64,000 nucleotides of DNA from a virus. Lineage: Duplodnaviria > Caudoviricetes. The position numbers and the translations under genes were made by a program. The notes under the pieces were generated by a model that did not search any database, was not told the DNA's origin, and saw only the letters and a program-made list of their open reading frames with translations. Positions 1 to 9,748 of the stretch are shown in pieces. The DNA lies in IMG/VR virus record IMGVR_UViG_3300020112_002303, positions 1 through 64,000 of that record; one strand, 5' to 3'. The stretch's first letter is position 1. The number at the start of each line of letters is the position of its first letter.

Positions 1-14
1 TAACAAAATTTTTC

Positions 15-43
15 TTAACAAAACGAACTTTATATGATATAAT
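15..43 (+). promoter_or_regulatory. SigA-type promoter of lysis cassette
   Basis: TTAACA-17-TATAAT with extended -10 TG; AAGGAGG RBS downstream. Confidence 0.65.
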
Positions 44-65
44 CTTTTAAAAGGAGGAATAATTT

Positions 66-224
66 ATGAAAAAAGCAATCAGAATATCAATAGCACTGCT
101 TATCGTAATCGGATTTACTGTCGGATTTATTTTGAAAAAGAATAATAAGGAGATTCCGTTTTATGATTCCTGCGACCAAAGCAAAACTTTCCTTATTAAA
201 AAGAAGAAAACAAACAAAAAATAA
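66..224 (+). CDS. small membrane protein, 52 aa (not in ORF track)
   Basis: AAGGAGG RBS; MKKAIRISIALLIVIGFTVGFILKK, one TM helix plus basic tail. Confidence 0.65.
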   Translation: MKKAIRISIALLIVIGFTVGFILKKNNKEIPFYDSCDQSKTFLIKKKKTNKK

Positions 225-241
225 CAAAAGGAGAAACATTT

Positions 242-373
242 ATGAAAAGAAAAATAATTTTACCGAAACCCGCAGAAATTGTTGAATTTAACGAAGAACT
301 TTATAAAATCAATATTGCAGAAAATGAATTTGCCGACAACGAAGACGGTAAAGGAGACAGAGCTAATGGTTAG
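242..373 (+). CDS. small acidic hypothetical protein, 43 aa
   Basis: AAGGAG RBS; stop overlaps endolysin start. Confidence 0.5.
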   Translation: MKRKIILPKPAEIVEFNEELYKINIAENEFADNEDGKGDRANG

Positions 374-1883
374 TATAACACAAGTTACGATGCCCACCTC
401 GAAATACGGCACCAAATGTCCCTATTCAATGTCACCACAATACATCACGATACACAACACCGCAAACGATGCTTCTGCAATGAGTGAAGTGTCATACATG
501 ATAGGTAACGCAAACGAAACCTCTTATCATTACGCCGTAGACGACACACACGCCGTCCAAGGAGTACCGCTCAACAGAAATGCTTGGCACGCAGGCGACG
601 GCGGAAACGGTACAGGAAACAGAAAAAGTATCGGTATCGAAATTTGCTATTCGAAGTCAGGCGGAGAGAGATTTACAAAAGCAATGCATAACGCCGCAGA
701 GCTTACCGCAACACTTTTAAAGCAATACGGCTGGGGAATTGATAGGGTTAGAACACATCAATCGTTTTCTGGTAAATACTGTCCTCACCGCATTCTCTCC
801 GAGTACGGCTGGCAAAATTTCTTAAATCTTGTTACCGCTTATGTAAATGGCGCTGTCAATGGTACATCAGAACCTGCGACATCTTCCGATAAAGTATCAG
901 TTACTTATCAGGTTTATACCGAGAAAAGAAAAGATTTTCTTAGCAATGTAACTGATAACACTGACTTTGCAGGAAGCAGAAACGAAGATATAAGCTGTGT
1001 TTACGCAAATCTTTCAAAGGGAAATATTTCTTATGCCGTTCATATTCTCGGTAACGCAGAAAATGCATGGCTTCCTTTTGTTACAAATAGAGAAGACTTT
1101 GCCGGTATTAAAGGTAAACCAATTGACTGTATTATGATGAAGACTGATATCGGAACAGTTCACTATCAAGTTCGTTCAAAAACATCAGGTAAATGGATGG
1201 GATACGTAACGGGTTGCGATAAGACCGACAAAAATAACGGCTATGCGGGTGTTTACGGTACACCGATAGATGGTTTACAAATTTATGTTGACGGAGTTGT
1301 ATTTTCAACGCCCACATCCATAAAAAAAGAAAAAGTCACAGGATATCTTGACGGCGCAAATGAAAGCAGTTGCACAGGATGGGCTTATAACAGCATCAAT
1401 GACAACGTTGTTTCTGTTAACTGTCACGTTTCCGTAGGCGGAGCAGATGTTAAGGTTTATAACGGCGAAGCTAATGTTTACAGAGAAGATTTAGTGAAAG
1501 CAGGAATAGGCAACGGAAAGCACGGCTTTAATATCAGTTATGACATATTAAAAGACCTTGGTGAAGGAACATATGATGTAAGAGCTTACGGTGTAAGTTC
1601 CGACGGTACAAAGACGCAACTTAGCGGAACACTCCCTGTAATTGTTAAAAAGGCAGAGCCTGTAGTTGTAACGGGTCCTGAAATAAAAACTCCTGTTATT
1701 ACAGGCGAACCTAATGTTGTCGAAGCACCAGTTGAAACACCGGTTGAAACACCAGTTGAAACACCAGTTGAAATAAAACCCGTGGAAGTTTCAGTTAATA
1801 AAAATAATTTTAAGGACATTCTCGATATGGTCTTTGATTTTATTAAGAAAATCGTAAATTATTTTAAAGGTGGTGAAAAATAA
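366..1883 (+). CDS. endolysin: Amidase_2 (XlyA-like) N-acetylmuramoyl-L-alanine amidase with cell-wall-binding repeats
   Basis: IHNT, HYAVDD, AWHAGDG, SIGIEICYS, HQSFSGKYCPH motifs; ChW-like repeats; RBS supports ATG 366 rather than TTG 279; adjacent holin. Confidence 0.9.
   Translation: MVSITQVTMPTSKYGTKCPYSMSPQYITIHNTANDASAMSEVSYMIGNANETSYHYAVDDTHAVQGVPLNRNAWHAGDGGNGTGNRKSIGIEICYSKSGGERFTKAMHNAAELTATLLKQYGWGIDRVRTHQSFSGKYCPHRILSEYGWQNFLNLVTAYVNGAVNGTSEPATSSDKVSVTYQVYTEKRKDFLSNVTDNTDFAGSRNEDISCVYANLSKGNISYAVHILGNAENAWLPFVTNREDFAGIKGKPIDCIMMKTDIGTVHYQVRSKTSGKWMGYVTGCDKTDKNNGYAGVYGTPIDGLQIYVDGVVFSTPTSIKKEKVTGYLDGANESSCTGWAYNSINDNVVSVNCHVSVGGADVKVYNGEANVYREDLVKAGIGNGKHGFNISYDILKDLGEGTYDVRAYGVSSDGTKTQLSGTLPVIVKKAEPVVVTGPEIKTPVITGEPNVVEAPVETPVETPVETPVEIKPVEVSVNKNNFKDILDMVFDFIKKIVNYFKGGEK
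1728..1775 (+). repeat. 4 x 12-bp tandem repeat (PVET linker)
   Basis: CC(A/G)GTTGAAA(C/T)A x4. Confidence 0.9.
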
Positions 1884-2143
1884 TGGCAGAAAACAAAACA
1901 AAAATTAAGAAGAGCACGGTCATCAGAACAATTGTATTGTTCGTTTCTCTTGTTAACTCGCTTCTTGCAGCAAAAGGAATTTCCCCTATTTCTTTTCTTT
2001 CGGATGACACTCAAATCACAGCATTTGCCTCTGATTTAGTTACCGGTGTTATCGCAGTTTGGGCTTGGTGGAAGAACAACTCCTTCACCGAAAATGCTAA
2101 GAAGGCTGACGAGTACAAGGCGGAGCTTGATTCTAAGAAGTAA
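1883..2143 (+). CDS. holin, SPP1 family
   Basis: two TM segments, AWWKNNSFT motif, TAATG overlap with endolysin. Confidence 0.9.
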   Translation: MAENKTKIKKSTVIRTIVLFVSLVNSLLAAKGISPISFLSDDTQITAFASDLVTGVIAVWAWWKNNSFTENAKKADEYKAELDSKK

Positions 2144-2146
2144 TCA

Positions 2147-2181
2147 TAAAAGAACACCCTATTTAATAGGGTGTTCTTTTA
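2147..2181 (+). terminator. intrinsic terminator
   Basis: 17-bp inverted repeat TAAAAGAACACCCTATT/AATAGGGTGTTCTTTTA. Confidence 0.85.
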
Positions 2182-2183
2182 TA

Positions 2184-2212
2184 TTGCAATTTTTGAGTGA
2201 GTGAGATATAAT
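2184..2212 (+). promoter_or_regulatory. SigA-type promoter
   Basis: TTGCAA-17-TATAAT. Confidence 0.7.
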
Positions 2213-2245
2213 AGGCATAAGAAATTTATTTATGGAGGAGCAGAT

Positions 2246-3101
2246 ATGTCTAACTTGCTTATGCAAAAAACAGCTTCAAGGTCTTGGAGAAAAATCTCGG
2301 AAATTTAAGTGAAGAGTCGAGGCAAAGGCTAGTTGATTCTAAGATTCTTGATTATAAAAGGGATATGAAAGGGTTAAAGGAAGGTACAGAAGCCATACTT
2401 GGTAAGAATGGAACTAAGCAAATTTCACCCCGAAAAATGAAAAAACACACAACTAAAATATTTATTGATGCAATAAATTCGTCTCCAGAATTAAAGAAAT
2501 CAATAGCTCGTGATTATTCGATACCTCTGTTAAATAGTGAAAACAAAATTGTGTCAAATAGCATTGTAAAAGGGGTAGCAAAAGCGAATGTAAGACAAAG
2601 GATTAATCAATCCGGAGGGTATATATCCTCTAACGACGGAAAATATGTCTCTTTTGGTAAAAGCCCTAAAAAATTGAACAAACATCCTGCAGTGGGATCA
2701 GAATTAAAAGAAATATATAAAAAAATGTTACCATTAGAAAAGCAATATGTCGATAAAGTATTCAGAAGGCATGAGATTGACGAAACAAGAGAGCTTCTTT
2801 CTAAAAAGAAGAGCAATAGAAGGGTAAATATTCTTGGTGTAAGCGCTCCCGCTACTTCAACAAGCTTTGGTCATTATTCCCCAGGGTATTATTTAGGGAA
2901 TCATCAAATGTTGCATCGGCTCCGAAAAATGTGAGAGATTATTTTGATACACTGAGAAGCAAAACATATGAAAAGGATTGGCTTAAAAATTACTCTAATC
3001 ATGATTATGGAAAAAATGGCGTTTTTGATAAGAAAAACAGCAATTACTTATCAAATACTATTTCGCGTGCAAACAGAAATGCTCTAAACAGTAAAACATA
3101 A
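2246..3101 (+). pseudogene. leader-bearing HExxE protein interrupted by two single-base frameshifts
   Basis: GGAGGAG RBS + MSNLLMQKTAS at 2246; one extra A near 2290 joins ORF 2284; one extra G near 2885 extends it to TAA 3101; RRHEIDE motif. Confidence 0.65.
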
Positions 3102-3137
3102 CGAAAAAGATTGAAAAAAGTAATGAGGTGATGATTT

Positions 3138-4148
3138 ATGTTGGAGTCGTCTTTGGAAAAAATAGCAACAGTAGATAAAGGGGCGAGAAATTATATAATA
3201 GATACCCTTACTAATCGAGATGTTAAGGAAACAAGCTTTCCTAATCAAGCCAAATCAGAACTATTTCGCAACTATAAAGGATGGGAAAAGTCTGACCGGG
3301 AATCTCATAAAAAAGTTTACGAACAAATGAAAAAAACCTTTAATAAAGATAGAGAAGGATATTGTAAATTAGACAGTGATATGAGACGTTATCACGGTAT
3401 GACATATGATATTCCGAGATATAAAAAAGATAATAGTAAAATACGAAAATTTTTAATGATTGAAAGAAAAATTCCTAACCCGGAATGGGAAAAGGCAAAT
3501 AGTAATTATAAAAAACTTTATAACCTTAGGTACAATAAACTTTTTTATGATGCAGATGCTAATGCTTTCGCATTAGAGCAAAAAGGCAAAAAACAAGAAA
3601 AGGAAGCGAACGAAATGTCTGTGTTACTACAAGAAAAACTCGCATATTCGGATGCAAATGTTAACCGCGCAGTACAAATGAATCCGGACGGCACTTATGG
3701 TATGAAAAATAATCTTCGTACCAACTTTAATCATATCAAGCTTGATGTGAAGAATAATACCAATACCACTAAAATCGGAAAAGGCATAAATACCATTAAG
3801 AGTGACGCAACCAATATAAGGAACGCCTTTAAAACAAGCGGAAGTGCCGTAGGAGACGCTTTTAAAAACGGAACATCAAATGTAGTAGGTGCAATCAAAA
3901 ACAAGACAGGCGTAGGTACAGCCATTAAAAACAGTACGTCAAGTGTAGGAAGCGCTATTAAAACCGGCACAGGTACTGTTGGCAACGCAATTAAAGGATT
4001 GAGCAAAGGTTCTAAAATAGGTCTTGGTATTGCGGCCGCAGGTACAGCCGCAGCTATCATAGGAAGTAAGATTAAAAAGAAAAAGGAACAAAATAAAACC
4101 GCCGAAACCTTCGAAGAAATGCTTGAAAAAATGGCAAAAGAACAATAA
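3138..4148 (+). CDS. putative internal-head cargo polyprotein (two modules)
   Basis: MLESSLEKIA leader; internal MSVLLQEKLA at 3615; 11-mer repeats; TM helix + KKKK; ends KTAETFEEMLEKMA. Confidence 0.7.
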   Translation: MLESSLEKIATVDKGARNYIIDTLTNRDVKETSFPNQAKSELFRNYKGWEKSDRESHKKVYEQMKKTFNKDREGYCKLDSDMRRYHGMTYDIPRYKKDNSKIRKFLMIERKIPNPEWEKANSNYKKLYNLRYNKLFYDADANAFALEQKGKKQEKEANEMSVLLQEKLAYSDANVNRAVQMNPDGTYGMKNNLRTNFNHIKLDVKNNTNTTKIGKGINTIKSDATNIRNAFKTSGSAVGDAFKNGTSNVVGAIKNKTGVGTAIKNSTSSVGSAIKTGTGTVGNAIKGLSKGSKIGLGIAAAGTAAAIIGSKIKKKKEQNKTAETFEEMLEKMAKEQ

Positions 4149-4156
4149 GTATTAAC

Positions 4157-4183
4157 AAAGAACCTCCAAAAGAGGTTCTTTTT
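4157..4183 (+). terminator. intrinsic terminator
   Basis: AAAGAACCTC-caaaa-GAGGTTCTTT + T tract. Confidence 0.8.
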
Positions 4184-4188
4184 ATTTA

Positions 4189-4217
4189 TAGACTTTTGAA
4201 AATCCTTGTGATATAAT
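4189..4217 (+). promoter_or_regulatory. SigA-type promoter
   Basis: TAGACT-17-TATAAT, extended -10. Confidence 0.6.
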
Positions 4218-4245
4218 TAAAAAAAATGCAAAGGAGTAGTGATAT

Positions 4246-7083
4246 ATGAGCGCATCACAAGACCAAATTTATTTTAATATAGACGGCAGGATTGTAACTT
4301 CGCCGATTCAATGGGAAGATGTTGCTGTCGTAGGAGATTCCGGTTCTCGAAAAATAAAGTTTATTACAAATAAATTTGTAGACGGAATAAATCTCTATAC
4401 AAAGAATATTAGAGTTAATTTCGTAAATGCCGGTCTTGAGGAAGGTCAAGATTTAGTATCAGAAAAAGAAAATATATCAACAGAAAAGTTCTGTTTTTAT
4501 TGGGTGTTATCATCTAATGTTTGCAAGACCGAAGGTTTTGTTAAATTTTCAATAGAGTTTTATTCTGAAGCAGAAAGTTTTACCCTTTCAACTATTCAAA
4601 ATTCGAATAAAATATTTATCCAAAAGTCTATAACTTTAGGAGAACATGAAGTATTTCCCCCGACAGTACAACAGGGCGATTATAAGGACGATCCTGTATT
4701 TATCTCAAACAGACAGATTATTATTCCTGACAATAAAAAGATAAGCGCCGTAGAAGGCGATAAGAATTCCCAATTTATTTCGTTTATAATGGATAAAAAA
4801 ATAGACGGGATAGATCTAACAAAAAAAACCGCTCATATTGCATATATTAACGCAGAAGGAATCAAGGGCTGTGCTCCGACAACACAAGTTTCTGTTGTTC
4901 AAAGCGATGATAGCCTTATTACTTTCGGTTGGATACTTGATGCTCTTGTTTGTAACAAACCGGGCAAAGTGTCATTTAGCGTATTCTTTACAAATCCTAC
5001 AAATGATTCTGATGATGAGACAGAAGATACCGAATCAGATTATTTTTGGTCAACTATGCCGGCAACCGTTTTTATCGAAAAAGGTATCGGCGAAATCTCG
5101 ATTTCTCCTCAGCCCACTGAAACATGGATGGCGAATTGGCTTCGACAATTAAGTCAAGTCGCTCAAATTGCCGCATCCTATCATATTGATTATAATATTC
5201 ATACAGTATATAGTGACCCACAAGAATCTACCGTAACTGAACTTAAAATAGGATTTAAAGGTAAAAATGATACAGATTTTAATTATACCCCAGATATAGT
5301 TAAAATAATAGAAGGTATAATAGGTGATAAAATTTCTTCTGATACGACGCTTAGGGCTGCTATACTGGCAATAGCTCAAGAAGTCATACCCAGTCAGTTT
5401 ATTGTCGATCAAACTTTCGATGGAACAAGCATAAGAGCACAGAGCGGCGTAGCTATAAGCAGTATAGTTAACGCAAAAGCGAATAAAGATGCTCTTGAAG
5501 AAGCCAACAAAAGAATCGAGAATTTAGCTTTGCTTGCTAAGGGCGTATTATACAATGATCAGATTGATTCGACTGTGGCTTACACTAAAGCTATTCCTGC
5601 GGGTGCACAAAAATATGCGTCGATTGACAAAATTGGCGGCAAAACCGTTGTATTTAATCAGCTGGCGAACAAAGCTCTTTATCCTGCGACAACTACGTAT
5701 AATGGTGTTACTTTTACAAATAATAATGATGGAACCATTACTGCGAATGGTACCAATGTTTCAGTTGATGAATTAGTATACACGTTACAAAGTTTAACAT
5801 TAGATACAACTCATAAATACTTATCGATAGGTTGTCCTGTTACAGATTTTCCGCAATTACAAAAACCTTTTTTAAGAATAACAAATGCTACCGATTCTGA
5901 TTATGGCAATGGTGCAATATTGCAACCGACCGTGTCATCAACATCAATGTCAATTAGAATACCCGCAAGTATTACAGTTTCTGCTATTATTTTTAAACCG
6001 CAGTTATTCGATTTAACATTAATGTTCGGCGCAGGAAATGAGCCGACAACAGTTGATCAATTCAGAAAGATGTTTCCGGATACCATGTATTCGTATGACG
6101 CCGGTAGTTTGTTGTCAGCAAAAACAAACAAAATTGTCAGTGTAAGTAAAAATTTATTTGATTTTTCGAAATTACCTAATACAATAACTAACGCAACAGT
6201 AAACAAAACAAATAACACTATAACTGTTAATGCTAACACGACTAATGTAGGTTCCGGAAAAACACTAAAACAACTTTGTCCGGAATTAAGAGCCGGCGAC
6301 ACCGTTACATTGAATGCAGTGAATTCGAGTGCTGTTGCTGATAAATTGATATATTTATATTCTATACAAACATCATGGAGTTTTGGTACATCAAAAACAA
6401 TAACACAAGATATCTTGAATAGTTCTGTTTACTTTTACAATAAAGTAAATAATCCTGATGCTAACACTATTTCAGAAATACAAATAGTAAGAGGATCGTA
6501 TACATCTCAAACAATTCCTTCTTATACACCGTACAAATCACCTATCGAAAAAACAATACCGCAAGCAGTACTGAATTTAGAAGGTTATGGTTTGAGTGCC
6601 GGCACAGTATATAATGAAATCGACTGGGAAAGAAGAAAACTTATTAAGAGAGTTGGAAGTATCGATCTTGGCACACTGACATGGGTAGTAGGTTACGATG
6701 GTTTTTATACTGCCGGTATATCTAACATTAAATACGCCAGTACAACGACAGAGCAAGCAAATATCGTGTGCAAAAACTATGTTACAAAATCATATTCCGC
6801 CAAACAAAATAAAACAATTTGTGCTTGGAGCGGAGGAAATTGCGTGCTAATTACCGACAATTCATACAGTTCGGCAGAAGCATTTAAAACAGCAATGAAT
6901 GGAGTTATACTTTATTACGAGCTCGTGACACCAGCCGAAGTAGATATTTCTGATAAAATTTCAGAAGATAATTTAATCGAAGTCGAAGCAGGCGGTTCAC
7001 TAACTTTCGAGCAAGTCGGAAATTATCAATTACCGACACCAAACACAGAAACATTTATTATAAAGGTGGCTAACGCAATATGA
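4246..7083 (+). CDS. tail fibre / baseplate-attached protein with two BppU-like N-terminal domains
   Basis: duplicated V.GD.(S/N)S..I.F...K..DGI.L...F.W.L...VC...G.V.FS module; Thr/Asn-rich fibre C-terminus ending LYYEL..P typical of Firmicute phage fibres. Confidence 0.7.
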   Translation: MSASQDQIYFNIDGRIVTSPIQWEDVAVVGDSGSRKIKFITNKFVDGINLYTKNIRVNFVNAGLEEGQDLVSEKENISTEKFCFYWVLSSNVCKTEGFVKFSIEFYSEAESFTLSTIQNSNKIFIQKSITLGEHEVFPPTVQQGDYKDDPVFISNRQIIIPDNKKISAVEGDKNSQFISFIMDKKIDGIDLTKKTAHIAYINAEGIKGCAPTTQVSVVQSDDSLITFGWILDALVCNKPGKVSFSVFFTNPTNDSDDETEDTESDYFWSTMPATVFIEKGIGEISISPQPTETWMANWLRQLSQVAQIAASYHIDYNIHTVYSDPQESTVTELKIGFKGKNDTDFNYTPDIVKIIEGIIGDKISSDTTLRAAILAIAQEVIPSQFIVDQTFDGTSIRAQSGVAISSIVNAKANKDALEEANKRIENLALLAKGVLYNDQIDSTVAYTKAIPAGAQKYASIDKIGGKTVVFNQLANKALYPATTTYNGVTFTNNNDGTITANGTNVSVDELVYTLQSLTLDTTHKYLSIGCPVTDFPQLQKPFLRITNATDSDYGNGAILQPTVSSTSMSIRIPASITVSAIIFKPQLFDLTLMFGAGNEPTTVDQFRKMFPDTMYSYDAGSLLSAKTNKIVSVSKNLFDFSKLPNTITNATVNKTNNTITVNANTTNVGSGKTLKQLCPELRAGDTVTLNAVNSSAVADKLIYLYSIQTSWSFGTSKTITQDILNSSVYFYNKVNNPDANTISEIQIVRGSYTSQTIPSYTPYKSPIEKTIPQAVLNLEGYGLSAGTVYNEIDWERRKLIKRVGSIDLGTLTWVVGYDGFYTAGISNIKYASTTTEQANIVCKNYVTKSYSAKQNKTICAWSGGNCVLITDNSYSSAEAFKTAMNGVILYYELVTPAEVDISDKISEDNLIEVEAGGSLTFEQVGNYQLPTPNTETFIIKVANAI

Positions 7084-7226
7084 TGAGTAAAGATAAATTG
7101 ATTGAAAAATTAGGCCTTAATAAAAAGGACTTCGAGCCTAAAGAAGAAACGACGGAAGAAATAACAACTGAACAGCGATTAGAAGCTCTTGAAAAAGTTG
7201 TTCTTGAAATTTTAGGCGGTGAATAA
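7080..7226 (+). CDS. small tail-fibre-associated protein, 48 aa
   Basis: ATGA overlap; TTEQRLEALE coiled motif. Confidence 0.6.
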   Translation: MMSKDKLIEKLGLNKKDFEPKEETTEEITTEQRLEALEKVVLEILGGE

Positions 7227-7227
7227 T

Positions 7228-7338
7228 ATGGATGCAAAAATAAATTTTTATGTAATTCAAATTAAAGTTGGAAACATTAAAATAAAAGATGTTCCCGAAC
7301 AATATAAAAAAGAAGTTAAAGCCGCATTAAAGAAATAA
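7228..7338 (+). CDS. CD1375/XkdX-like small protein, 36 aa
   Basis: FYVIQIKVGNIKIKDVPEQYKKEV pattern; GGCGGTGA RBS; follows fibre gene. Confidence 0.6.
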   Translation: MDAKINFYVIQIKVGNIKIKDVPEQYKKEVKAALKK

Positions 7339-7357
7339 TTAGGACGGTGAACAAACA

Positions 7358-9172
7358 ATGCCAACATTATATCCAAACAACACAGCAGGATACGAAGGAC
7401 AGCGAAGAGGATTTTGCGCATATTATAATGGAAGATCAGCAAATTACGACTGGTTCGGAGCTAAATTTCAGGCTCCGAACAAAGCTATAAAAGTAAAGAA
7501 AATTTTTATACAGGTTGATGGTCGAACCGGTTATGCAAATCCTGCTGTCGCAGTATTTATAAATATGCTGAACGATCAACAAACAATAACAGATTATGTT
7601 TCAGGCGAATTTCAACTTACCGGGAAATCAACAATCAACACTTCCACATTTAAAGTATCCTCTTATGGTAGTGGACTTACGATCAACTGCGACAAAGAGA
7701 TACCTGCCGGTAAAGAATTTGGAGTAGGTATTAGAAGTGCAAGTAACGCGCCTATCGTAATGGCACAATATGGTAATGCAGGATCGAAACCGAAACAAAA
7801 TCATTTCGCCTTATTAAATTCGTCTAACCCTCCAGCATTTAACAGTGTTCAACAATGGTATCAAGTAGTATCCAGCGGTAAGGACGAAGTTCTTTATTGT
7901 TATGTCGAATACGAAGATGCTTATCATCCGGTAACGTCAATTACTCTTAATACCGGAAACTTCGATTTATGGAATGATGCAACTAAAACAATAACAGCAA
8001 CGATTAGCCCTGATAATGCAACAGATAAAAATGTTTCTTGGTCTTCAAGTAATACGAGTGTAGCGACTGTAAACACAAACGGCGTTGTTAGTCCTGTAAG
8101 CCCCGGAACATCAATCATTACATGTCGTGGTGCTGACGGAAAATCTGCATCAGTTATTGCTACTGTTAAACAACATGTAACAAGTATAACTATTACACCA
8201 ACAAAAAATGTAATGTCGACTTATATAGACGATAAGACCGCAAATTACACAGTTACAGTCTTGCCTGAAAATGCCACATATAAAGATTACACATTAAGCA
8301 TGTCTGATATCGGCTTTATAAGCGCCTCAGATGGTGTTATAACGGCTTGTGACGAATTTCCATCAAGTTATCAGCAGGGAAGCAAAACCGTCACTCTGAC
8401 CGTCATAGCGAATGACGGAGGCATAACAGGTTCAGTTTCTAAAACAGGAACCACTTCGATAGAAGTAAGGCAGTATGCAAGTAGTATATCTGTAAATGGA
8501 GGACAAGATAAAACCGTAGATTTTCTTATTAGTCCTCAAAGTTTTGCTGTCGGAGCAGTAGTTTACAGTCCCACTGTTATATACGACAATAATATAGCGT
8601 GGTCCACATCAGACCCCACACTCGTGACAGTCGAAAACAATATGGTTACAGTATCAGGCGCAGGCCCAACAGGTTATGCAGAAGTTGATATTTATGCTGA
8701 TATGCAAGGCGGAATAAATCACACTATTCGGGGTTCATACAAAGTAAAGATTACGCAAAAACCAACGCAAATCAGAGGAACTCTTAAAAGCGGTTTTGAT
8801 AGCGGAGAAAAAGTTGAGTTGTTAGCGGAAATGTATCCTAATAACACATTTGACTGCTCAATAGAAGCAACATCATCAAATAATGCCATTATGAAAATCG
8901 TATCAATAACAGATACTGATCTGAGATACATAAAAAAAGTATTATTAGAAGCTGATGAAATGGGCGATGCAAATCTTGTTATCAAAAGCGCAACAAAACA
9001 GTCTGTTACTAAAAATTTTTCCGTAACCGTAGAACCGCCAATAAAAAGATTATGTGGAGGAGTACTTGCAAAAGTAAAGAAAATGTGGTATTTTAATGGA
9101 GTAGACTTTGAGCGAGCAAAAAAAGCTTATTCATTCGACGGAAAAAATATAAAACAATCTAAAAGGAGATAG
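7358..9172 (+). CDS. virion protein with tandem Ig-like (Big_2) domains
   Basis: VTSITL...ATISPDNATDKNVSWSSSNTSVATV..G repeated in degenerate form. Confidence 0.85.
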   Translation: MPTLYPNNTAGYEGQRRGFCAYYNGRSANYDWFGAKFQAPNKAIKVKKIFIQVDGRTGYANPAVAVFINMLNDQQTITDYVSGEFQLTGKSTINTSTFKVSSYGSGLTINCDKEIPAGKEFGVGIRSASNAPIVMAQYGNAGSKPKQNHFALLNSSNPPAFNSVQQWYQVVSSGKDEVLYCYVEYEDAYHPVTSITLNTGNFDLWNDATKTITATISPDNATDKNVSWSSSNTSVATVNTNGVVSPVSPGTSIITCRGADGKSASVIATVKQHVTSITITPTKNVMSTYIDDKTANYTVTVLPENATYKDYTLSMSDIGFISASDGVITACDEFPSSYQQGSKTVTLTVIANDGGITGSVSKTGTTSIEVRQYASSISVNGGQDKTVDFLISPQSFAVGAVVYSPTVIYDNNIAWSTSDPTLVTVENNMVTVSGAGPTGYAEVDIYADMQGGINHTIRGSYKVKITQKPTQIRGTLKSGFDSGEKVELLAEMYPNNTFDCSIEATSSNNAIMKIVSITDTDLRYIKKVLLEADEMGDANLVIKSATKQSVTKNFSVTVEPPIKRLCGGVLAKVKKMWYFNGVDFERAKKAYSFDGKNIKQSKRR

Positions 9173-9177
9173 CAATT

Positions 9178-9648
9178 ATGTCAAATTTACTTATGGAAAA
9201 AATCGCAAAAGACAAGAAAGAGAAAGAAACAGGCCTATCTGATATGCCTCTCGTAAAAGGTCATCCTGAGTTTGGAACAGCAAAAAGCAGAAAAACTTAT
9301 AAAGCCCTACGTACTATTAGCGGCGGGGTAGTAGGCGGTTTCTCAGCACCGGCAGCTCTTGAACTTATTGGAGGAGCGGCTCATGATAAAAAAGGATATA
9401 AATCCAATCCAACAATAAGCACGAAACATAAACTTGTAGGAGCCGGTACAGGCGCACTTATCGGAGCAATAAATGCTGATAGGCAAATAAAAAAGGAAGA
9501 CAATAAAAATATGCTTAAAATGTTTAACGGAAATCAAGAAGCCGTTAATTACGCAAAAGTTCATGGCCTCGAATCTGCAATAAAAAAGTACGGTGACTTC
9601 ACAAAGAAAGCATCTTTCGAAGAAATGCTTGAAAATTACGAAAAATAA
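9178..9648 (+). CDS. putative head cargo protein, Gly-zipper
   Basis: MSNLLMEKIA leader; GGVVGG and GAGTGALIGA helices; KKASFEEMLENYEK tail. Confidence 0.7.
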   Translation: MSNLLMEKIAKDKKEKETGLSDMPLVKGHPEFGTAKSRKTYKALRTISGGVVGGFSAPAALELIGGAAHDKKGYKSNPTISTKHKLVGAGTGALIGAINADRQIKKEDNKNMLKMFNGNQEAVNYAKVHGLESAIKKYGDFTKKASFEEMLENYEK

Positions 9649-9657
9649 TTTTTTATA

Positions 9658-9686
9658 TTGCATTTTTAATGTAATATAGTTATAAT
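9658..9686 (+). promoter_or_regulatory. SigA-type promoter
   Basis: TTGCAT-17-TATAAT. Confidence 0.7.
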
Positions 9687-9748
9687 TAAACAAAAGAACA
9701 AAAGAACCTATTGTTCTTAAAAATAAAAATTAAAAAGGAGTTTTAATT

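Noticed and set aside
279-365. N-terminal extension of the endolysin
   Set aside because: RBS supports ATG 366; region is occupied by ORF 242-373
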